From Rhizomicrobium sp. (GTDB lineage Bacteria; Pseudomonadota; Alphaproteobacteria; Micropepsales; Micropepsaceae): DNA of 64,000 nt. Under the pieces are notes generated by a model, which searched no databases, was not told where the DNA came from, and saw only the letters and a list, made by a program, of their open reading frames with translations. How positions within the stretch are numbered: the stretch's first letter is position 1; every line of letters begins with the position of its first letter. This document shows positions 26,487 to 33,525 of the stretch, one piece after another. The position numbers and the translations under genes were made by a program. The stretch spans positions 142 through 64,141 of the forward strand of contig DASXHQ010000125.1 of the NCBI GenBank assembly GCA_036488415.1, written 5' to 3'.

Positions 26487-29159
26487 GTGGCACAGGACCT
26501 GTTTGCATGGGCCGAGAAACAAGCCGACTGGGCGCGTGATGCCCTGCGGCGGCATGCCTGCGCGCCGAATTTCGAGCTGGGGGCAGATGATAAGGCGCAG
26601 GTGCTTCACCGCGTGCGCAGCGCAGCGGGGATCGTGGATGAAGGCTCATGCGAGAATGCCCCGTTCGCCACCGAGCACTTCAAAGGGAGTGCAGGAGAAA
26701 GCAGCCGAACGTTGCTCGTATCACTGGGACCCGTGAAGAACCTGGCACGCCTTGCGCCAGATCAAAGGCTCAGCTTCGCACTCGACGGCATTACACTGAT
26801 CTATGGCGACAACGGCAGTGGCAAAACCGGCTACTGCCGTATCACGAAGAAGGCCTGCCGCAGCCTTACTGCCGACGATTTGCTTGGCGACGTGTTCCAA
26901 AAGGGTGACAAGCCACCAGCCGAAGTTGTCATACGCTATCGCGGCGACGGCGAGGAAGAAGTGACAGAACAGCTCTGGACGGACGGCACGCCGCCGCCCG
27001 CAGCCATCGCGGGCATTTCAGTTTTCGATTCCAGGAATGCGCGCCTTTTTGTCGATGCTGAAAACAGAATCGGATTTCTGCCACGCGAAGTCGCACTGCT
27101 GGAGCAACACGCCCGGCATTGCGGCGAAATGGATTCGAAGATCGAAGGGGAAGTGAAAGCGCTCAACGCGCGGCTCAAAATCGCGCTGCCCGGCGGTTAT
27201 GCGGCGGGCGGAGACGTCGCAAAGCTCTTCGCCCGCCTAGTCCCAAAACAAGTCTTGCCATCCGAAGCGGAAGTCCGCGCCGCCGCTGCCTGGACGGAAA
27301 AGGATCAGAAAGACCTTGAGGATTTGGAGCGCCTTTTAGCGCAGGACCCGAAGGCGCTCGCCGACCGTTACCGGCGCGCAGCCTCTCTTCTCAAGGGATA
27401 TTCGACCGACGCGAAGGCTATTGCAGACGGTCTCTCAGCCGAAAATGCAGCGAAATTCGCAGAAGCACAGGCGTTGGCTAAAACCACAGCCGAAGCGGCG
27501 GCGCTGGCGGCGTCGGATCGTTTCAAGGACGAGCCGCTGGCGGGCGGGGGATTGCCGCCCTGGCGTCTCATGTACGACTACGCGGAGAAATATGTGCAGT
27601 CGCTCGGCAGCGACGTGCTTTCCGCAAAGGAGGGCGACCCCTGTGCCCTCTGCCAGGAACCTCTTTCGGCGGACGGCGCGGCGCGCATGCAGCGGTTCGC
27701 AGATTTCGTCAATGACCAGGCTTCCAAAACGGCAGACGCGGCGGCGGAAGCGCTGGGCGTCGGGGTTAGTGCGCTCCGAGACCTGATTATCCCGAAGGTC
27801 AAGGATATCGAGAATGCCCTCGCCGACTATCGAAAGATCAACGACGGAGCGGAACAGCTCTTTACAGCGATCACCGCGTATTTCAGTGCCGCCGAAGCAC
27901 GTCGGAGCGCGCTCATCGATGCGGCTGTGACGGCTGCATTTGATGCCGTTCCGGCCTTGCTGGACCCGATTGAGGAAAAACTGGACGGTGAGGCCACCCA
28001 GCTCGAAAACGACGCGGCTAAACTCGATGCAGCCGCTGCAGCCGATGGTGCCCAGCGTATGGCCGAACGTGAGCGCCTCGCGAAGCTGAAAGATCGCAAG
28101 AAGCTCGCCGACGACCTCGAAACGGTGTTGGCGCGGCTGAAAGACCTGGAGATGGCGGGAAAGCTTGCGAAGTGCCGCGAGCTTCTGAGCACCAAAGCCG
28201 TATCCGTCCAGATCACGACATTGCGTCGGGATCTGGTGACCACCGATCTTGAGAAGCGCATCATGGAGGAGATCAAGACGTTCGATCTTCTGCACCTTCC
28301 GTTCCGTGTCACTGACCGGAGCGATGGCGGGAAAAGCAATTTCAAGGTTGTGCTGGATACGCCCGTCGGCGTCGCCAACGACAAGGTGCTCAGTGAAGGT
28401 GAGCAGCGCGCGCTGGCGCTGGCCTGTTTCCTCGGCGAATTGGGCGGCGATACCGTCAAGCACGGGGTTGTAATAGATGACCCCGTGTCCTCGCTCGATC
28501 ACATTCGCATCCGGCGCGTCGCCCAGCGCGTCGTTGACGAGGCAGCGAAGGGGAAGCAGATCATCATCTTCACGCATAATCTGCTGTTCTACAATGAAGT
28601 GTCGGACGCCGCCGCGCGGGCGCAGCCGCAAATCCCCGTCGCCAAGCGCATTGTCACCAAATCGGCAGAGGCAGGTTTTGGCATTATCGCGAATGATGAC
28701 GAACCTTGGATCGCCCAGGCCGTTAAGGACCGGCTCAAACGCCTCCATGAGACCTTGAAGGCGATGGAAACGCGGACGGACGTTGAAACGGATGCTTATC
28801 GACGCGCAGTGAAGGACTTTTACACCGACCTCCGGGAGACATGGGAGCGGCTCGTCGAGGAATTGCTGCTTGGCAAGACGGTCGAGCGGTTCAACACGGA
28901 TGTCAAAACACAAAGCCTGAAAGGTGTTGTCGTTGAAGACGACGACTACAAAAAAATCTATTGGGCCATGAAGCGCGTTTCCGAACGCTCCGGCCACGAC
29001 ATGGCTGCTGGGAAGAATCTTCCACCACCGAAGATCGACGACATGAAGGCGGATTTGAAGGAGTTTGAAGATTACCAAAGCGCGATCCGAAAGCGGAAGA
29101 AGGACACCGAGGAGGTGCGCAAAAAACTTGAGGAGCCGCCGAAGGCGGCAACTCAATGA
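26487..29159 (+). CDS. SMC/Rad50-like ABC ATPase of the AAA_13 (RloC/PrrC-like) type with a coiled-coil insert and CxxC hook
   Basis: GTG at 26487, 6 nt after GAGAGGA. Walker A GDNGSGKT (26805-26828), a long Ala/Glu/Lys-rich helical insert containing CALC (27642-27653), signature-like LSEGEQRALALACFL, Walker B/D-loop VVIDDPVSSLD. The C-terminal module has LRETWERLVEE...FNTDV...SERSGHD. Confidence 0.85.
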   Translation: MAQDLFAWAEKQADWARDALRRHACAPNFELGADDKAQVLHRVRSAAGIVDEGSCENAPFATEHFKGSAGESSRTLLVSLGPVKNLARLAPDQRLSFALDGITLIYGDNGSGKTGYCRITKKACRSLTADDLLGDVFQKGDKPPAEVVIRYRGDGEEEVTEQLWTDGTPPPAAIAGISVFDSRNARLFVDAENRIGFLPREVALLEQHARHCGEMDSKIEGEVKALNARLKIALPGGYAAGGDVAKLFARLVPKQVLPSEAEVRAAAAWTEKDQKDLEDLERLLAQDPKALADRYRRAASLLKGYSTDAKAIADGLSAENAAKFAEAQALAKTTAEAAALAASDRFKDEPLAGGGLPPWRLMYDYAEKYVQSLGSDVLSAKEGDPCALCQEPLSADGAARMQRFADFVNDQASKTADAAAEALGVGVSALRDLIIPKVKDIENALADYRKINDGAEQLFTAITAYFSAAEARRSALIDAAVTAAFDAVPALLDPIEEKLDGEATQLENDAAKLDAAAAADGAQRMAERERLAKLKDRKKLADDLETVLARLKDLEMAGKLAKCRELLSTKAVSVQITTLRRDLVTTDLEKRIMEEIKTFDLLHLPFRVTDRSDGGKSNFKVVLDTPVGVANDKVLSEGEQRALALACFLGELGGDTVKHGVVIDDPVSSLDHIRIRRVAQRVVDEAAKGKQIIIFTHNLLFYNEVSDAAARAQPQIPVAKRIVTKSAEAGFGIIANDDEPWIAQAVKDRLKRLHETLKAMETRTDVETDAYRRAVKDFYTDLRETWERLVEELLLGKTVERFNTDVKTQSLKGVVVEDDDYKKIYWAMKRVSERSGHDMAAGKNLPPPKIDDMKADLKEFEDYQSAIRKRKKDTEEVRKKLEEPPKAATQ

Positions 29160-29632
29160 GCGGGCCAGAAAGCAAAACGGTGGTCTGCTTCGCCTATGGT
29201 TCGAACATGGATACTGCACGGCTGCGCTCGCGCGTTGGCGAGTGCAAGTCCCTGGGCGCTGCAACATTGCCGGCGCACCAGCTGCGCTTTCATAAGCGCA
29301 GCATCGACGGCACAGCGAAATGCAACGCGCATTTCACGGGCGATAAGAGCGACCGTGTTATTGGTGTGTTGTTTGAGGTGTCCCGCGAGCGAAAGCCCGA
29401 TCTGGATAAGGCTGAAGGCCTGGGCAACGGCTATCACGAGCAGGTCATAGAAGTAATGCTTGTCGATCAAAGCACGCAAAAGGCTCTCGCCTATATCGCA
29501 GACGACACGCATATCGACGATCAATTGAAGCCAACCACCGAATATCACGGCTACGTCGAAAGAGGGGCAAAAGAGCACGGTCTGCCGGAGGATTATATCG
29601 CGCAACACATAATGTCCGTTCAGGCGGAATAA
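29156..29632 (+). CDS. gamma-glutamylcyclotransferase / AIG2-like family protein
   Basis: N-terminal CFAYGSNMDTARL (the YGSN motif) and LDKAEGLGNGY with the conserved Glu. 158 aa, ATGA overlap with the ABC ATPase gene. Confidence 0.8.
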   Translation: MSGPESKTVVCFAYGSNMDTARLRSRVGECKSLGAATLPAHQLRFHKRSIDGTAKCNAHFTGDKSDRVIGVLFEVSRERKPDLDKAEGLGNGYHEQVIEVMLVDQSTQKALAYIADDTHIDDQLKPTTEYHGYVERGAKEHGLPEDYIAQHIMSVQAE

Positions 29633-29656
29633 AGATTGTTATCGGGGGAACCTGAC

Positions 29657-31096
29657 ATGGATGACATTCGCTTTTTCGATCTCAATATCGAGAAGATTCT
29701 GGAGGCTTGGGATAACGCCCATGCTGTACGCGAGCTGATAGCGAATGCGCTGGATGAACAGGTTCTAAGTAACACCAAAGAGGTGGAGATCAGCAAGAAC
29801 TCAGCGGGATCATGGGTGATCAGGGATTTCGGTCGGGGGCTGCGCTACGAACACTTTACGCAGAACGAGAATCCGGAAAAATTGAAGGTTGTCGGTAAGG
29901 TGATCGGCAAGTTCGGCGTCGGCTTGAAAGACGCTATGGCAACGCTGGATCGAAACGGCACTGGCGTAGAGATCGAGTCCGCCTTTGGCATCATTACGCT
30001 CACTCAGCGTGCCAAGCACGATTTTGGCGATGTCGCGACGCTGCATGCGGCAGTAGCCGCGCCGCGTGATCGATCTTTTATTGGAACCGCTATCCGGCTG
30101 CCAAAACTGTCCGACGGCGAGATGGCCCGCGCCAAAAGCTTTTTCCTGAAATTCTCGGGCGAAACGATCATTGAGGAGAACCGGGTCGGCCGCATCCTTG
30201 AGAAAAAGGGCGCCGTAAGCCGTATATATGTGGCAGGTCTTCTTGTTGCCGAAGAGGAAAACTTCGCATTTTCCTACGACATTACCAGTCTCACCGAGAC
30301 GATGAAGAAAGCGCTCAACCGCGAACGCACAAATGTCGGTCGGACGGCCTACAGCGAGCGTGTTAAAGCGATGCTTCTGCAAACCGAAAGCCACGCCGTC
30401 GCCAAGGTCCTTGCAGACCAACTGATGGCGCTGGAGCAGGGAACCGGCTCTGATGAGGTCCGGTGGAAGGACGTTGCCGTGCACGCTTGCAAGATTCTGA
30501 GTGCAAGCGGTTCGTATCTATTCGTGACGGCCTCACAACTGATGGACAATGCCAGCGCTGTGAATCATGCGCGGGATGACGGGCTCAAAATCGTCACTGT
30601 GCCCGATAATATTCACGCCGAAGTCGCCGGCGCGAAGGACATTTCTGGGGCGCCGATACGCGATCTGGGCGTGTATCAGTCCGAATGGAACAATAGCTTT
30701 AAGTTCAACTGGATCACGCCCGATAAGATGACGGATGCCGAGCGTGAGGTGTTTTCCAAAGTATCTGCCATCGCCGGCCTGGTTGGCGGGCTCCCGGCAA
30801 AGGTGAAAGAAATCCGCATCAGCAAGACCATGCGGCAGGATTTTCTCAGTGGATCGGATGCGCTTGGATTGTGGGATTCTGGGAGCGCCAGCATTGTTGT
30901 CCGTCGCGATCAGTTGAGGTCTTTGGACGCTTTTGCAGGCGTCCTGCTACATGAAATTGCGCACGCCCGAAGTGGTCACGACGACGTTACGCGCGAGTTC
31001 GAAAACGAATTGACCGAACTGCTCGGCGTTGCAGCGGCGGCTGCAATATCGGCACATGGAAAAGCGCCACAGAAGCAGTCGTTTTGGCGTCGCTGA
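29657..31096 (+). CDS. GHKL (Bergerat-fold, HATPase_c_3/MORC-like) ATPase fused to a C-terminal HExxH zincin module
   Basis: N-box VRELIANALDE, G1 box IRDFGRGL, G2 box GKFGVGLKDA. The C-terminal LLHEIAHARSGHDD has HEIAH at 30950-30964. Start at ATG 29657 or TTG 29636. Confidence 0.8.
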   Translation: MDDIRFFDLNIEKILEAWDNAHAVRELIANALDEQVLSNTKEVEISKNSAGSWVIRDFGRGLRYEHFTQNENPEKLKVVGKVIGKFGVGLKDAMATLDRNGTGVEIESAFGIITLTQRAKHDFGDVATLHAAVAAPRDRSFIGTAIRLPKLSDGEMARAKSFFLKFSGETIIEENRVGRILEKKGAVSRIYVAGLLVAEEENFAFSYDITSLTETMKKALNRERTNVGRTAYSERVKAMLLQTESHAVAKVLADQLMALEQGTGSDEVRWKDVAVHACKILSASGSYLFVTASQLMDNASAVNHARDDGLKIVTVPDNIHAEVAGAKDISGAPIRDLGVYQSEWNNSFKFNWITPDKMTDAEREVFSKVSAIAGLVGGLPAKVKEIRISKTMRQDFLSGSDALGLWDSGSASIVVRRDQLRSLDAFAGVLLHEIAHARSGHDDVTREFENELTELLGVAAAAAISAHGKAPQKQSFWRR

Positions 31097-31143
31097 ACGC
31101 GCTGCTCTTCCTTGCCTAGCTGCGTGGCGGAGGCCACTGTCGA

Positions 31144-33435
31144 ATGAAACTCCCCGAACGGCTCGAAAAGATTCGCTTTATTATTTTCGAGATGCAGCTC
31201 GCCCATCTCATAGCGAAGCACGCCCCGGATTCCTTTATTGCGCGGACGATTGCCCGCCATGTGGTCATCAGGGCGGAGAATTTCATCGCCCACACCCGCG
31301 CCATCCGAAAGCCGCTCAATAGGGCGGGGTATGGCACAAGTGAGTTTCACACCGCTAAAGAGGCTTATGCGGACTTCTTCGATGAATATTTCCGCGTGTC
31401 CCGCAATAAGCTTGGCGCGCATGTGCAGGACTTCGACTTCGGCAAGAGGATCGAGCTTTGGAACGATATCGAGGTCACGAAGCTGTCCTTTTTCGTCGAT
31501 GGGGCAATTGAACTTTACGGAAAGCTGGCGCCGCTGAATATTCCCGGCTTCGTCGCATACACCGCGCCGGTGGAGCTTTCCGACGCCGCCATCCTTGCAA
31601 GTCTGGCAGACTTCAGCCGCGTTCGCGAGGACAAGCGCTGGGTTGAGACCAGCGCAGACCCGCTCGCAATGACCCGCGATAATACGACCGCGACCATGAA
31701 CTTTGCCCCTGCCAGTCTGCGCGCGGGGCAGCTTGCCCTTATCCGCCGCTGGATCGCGCTACAGCTACCACTGTTGCAGAAGTTCTCCGCGTCGCCGTCG
31801 GTGACGCGCATATTCAAGGCGCGGGTCGTGACGGATATCGTCAGCTTCGCGGATTGCCTGGTCACGAGACCTGTTTCACCGACCGCGCCGCAGGCGATGG
31901 ATGGCCTCGACAAGCTGATCGTCTCGGCAAGAGGATCGTCCGCTGCCATTGATGACTTTGTCGCCGCGTCGCAATTCACTCCCGAGACGGACCGGGCGCG
32001 CATCGTGCGCGACCGGATCGGTGCGCATTTCGATGACGTGGCAAATCTATCAAGCCTATTGAGCTTGCTGGACGGGTTCGACCTGCCGCGCGCCCTTACT
32101 ATTTACGATCTCGCGACAGCCGCATTTATCAAGGCATGCCGCGGAACCCTCTTTCTGCGGTTATACGCTGCGGACGGCCAACGCATTTACGGCGTCACAC
32201 CGGCGGGTCGTGCGGCTGTTCCATTTTCTCCAGACAGCCTCCAGATTGCGCCGCCATTGCCCGAGCCGTTCCGTGACGAGGATGACGCCTATCGTCATCA
32301 CCTGCGGCTATGGCTTGACGGCGACGAGAAGCAGAAGGGAGACGGCAGACAGTATTTTGTAACGTCCTTCTCGGCTTCCGCCGTCATTGAAGATATCGAC
32401 GAGCGACTGACGTTCGCCGGAGGCTGGAGGAACTACCGCCACCACTATCGCCGCGTTGATCTGTTCTTCGAGGGGTTCATCGGGGCGCAGATTACGGACG
32501 CCGATTATGCCGGTGTACTCGACCTGTTTCATACCTGCGGTGGAATCGATCCCTATGCCCTCTCCGAAGTATTGCTCCGGTCGGTGGACAAGGTAAGCGG
32601 GCCGAACCAGGCCAATTGCTGCTATATGCTCGGCGAGCTTGGCCGCCTGCCGCACGCAAGCGTCGAGGATTTTTTGAGACTTCGCCTTAAGCACCCGCTT
32701 TGGGGCATGCGGCTGCAAGCGCTCATCGCGCTTTTCAAAATGTTCATCAAGGCTGAAGGTCAATACCGGCTCAATCATGCCGGGAAGATATCGGTTGAAT
32801 ACTCTGCGTTCGTCGATACCCTTTTGAAGGGTCTGCACCCCAACGAGCTGTTCATCGTCAGGCTCGCGTTCGCGAGCCTGCTTAGCACCATCGGGCTATC
32901 GACTTATTTCGAGAAGTTCAAACCGGAATATGAAGCGCTTCAATCGGCGATTAAGGCCAATGCTTTGCAGTTTCTCCCGACGGATGGCAACGCGGCGAAC
33001 GCGAAGCTCCTCGAACAACTCATTCAAACCCGCGACTATGTTGGCGTCGCGCTTCTCGTCGCCGTCGGGCTGGAGGCCGAACGCGACAAGCCTATGCGCG
33101 AGGGTGTGTTGAATGCCTGCATGGGCGGGGTCATACGCGCCGCCGAACATCCGCAAGCGCAGAGGCATCTTGCGATGTGTTACCTTGTGAGCAAGCAATA
33201 TCCGCTGGCCCTCCAGCAGGCCCGCGCAATTGCCGGGGCAAATCCGGATAGCCTCTATCATCGGATGACGGTCGTCATGGTTCTGGCAGAGACGCCCGGC
33301 GCTGCCCGCGAGGTTCTCGGTGAAGCCGGACAGGTGCGACTGACCTACAAACTGGATGCTAAAGCCGAAGGGGAGCTATCCGCGCTTGAGGGCGCCGCAA
33401 ACGCAGCGATTACAGGGTCTCGTCAGCCTGCCTAG
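31144..33435 (+). CDS. large alpha-helical protein with two HEPN-like R[ND]xxGAH motifs and a HEAT/TPR-like C-terminal region
   Basis: RNKLGAH at 31402-31422 and RDRIGAH at 32008-32028, each Rx5H with a polar residue after the Arg and each in a predicted helical context. The C-terminal roughly 300 aa is repetitive helical sequence. The coding call is firm. The RNase call is inference. Confidence 0.6.
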   Translation: MKLPERLEKIRFIIFEMQLAHLIAKHAPDSFIARTIARHVVIRAENFIAHTRAIRKPLNRAGYGTSEFHTAKEAYADFFDEYFRVSRNKLGAHVQDFDFGKRIELWNDIEVTKLSFFVDGAIELYGKLAPLNIPGFVAYTAPVELSDAAILASLADFSRVREDKRWVETSADPLAMTRDNTTATMNFAPASLRAGQLALIRRWIALQLPLLQKFSASPSVTRIFKARVVTDIVSFADCLVTRPVSPTAPQAMDGLDKLIVSARGSSAAIDDFVAASQFTPETDRARIVRDRIGAHFDDVANLSSLLSLLDGFDLPRALTIYDLATAAFIKACRGTLFLRLYAADGQRIYGVTPAGRAAVPFSPDSLQIAPPLPEPFRDEDDAYRHHLRLWLDGDEKQKGDGRQYFVTSFSASAVIEDIDERLTFAGGWRNYRHHYRRVDLFFEGFIGAQITDADYAGVLDLFHTCGGIDPYALSEVLLRSVDKVSGPNQANCCYMLGELGRLPHASVEDFLRLRLKHPLWGMRLQALIALFKMFIKAEGQYRLNHAGKISVEYSAFVDTLLKGLHPNELFIVRLAFASLLSTIGLSTYFEKFKPEYEALQSAIKANALQFLPTDGNAANAKLLEQLIQTRDYVGVALLVAVGLEAERDKPMREGVLNACMGGVIRAAEHPQAQRHLAMCYLVSKQYPLALQQARAIAGANPDSLYHRMTVVMVLAETPGAAREVLGEAGQVRLTYKLDAKAEGELSALEGAANAAITGSRQPA

Positions 33436-33525
33436 GGCGCGCATGCCGGTGATCGATCCGGGCTAAATTTTGCGGCACAAAATTACAGAGAACAATCATA
33501 AGCATACGGCGAGGACCGTCGGCGC

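Noticed and set aside
27435-29267. 610-aa minus-strand ORF opposite the ABC ATPase gene
   Set aside because: It is antisense to a gene with clear Walker A and B, signature and coiled-coil features. Its product is Arg/Leu/Gly-rich low-complexity sequence with no motifs. This is a typical high-GC shadow ORF.
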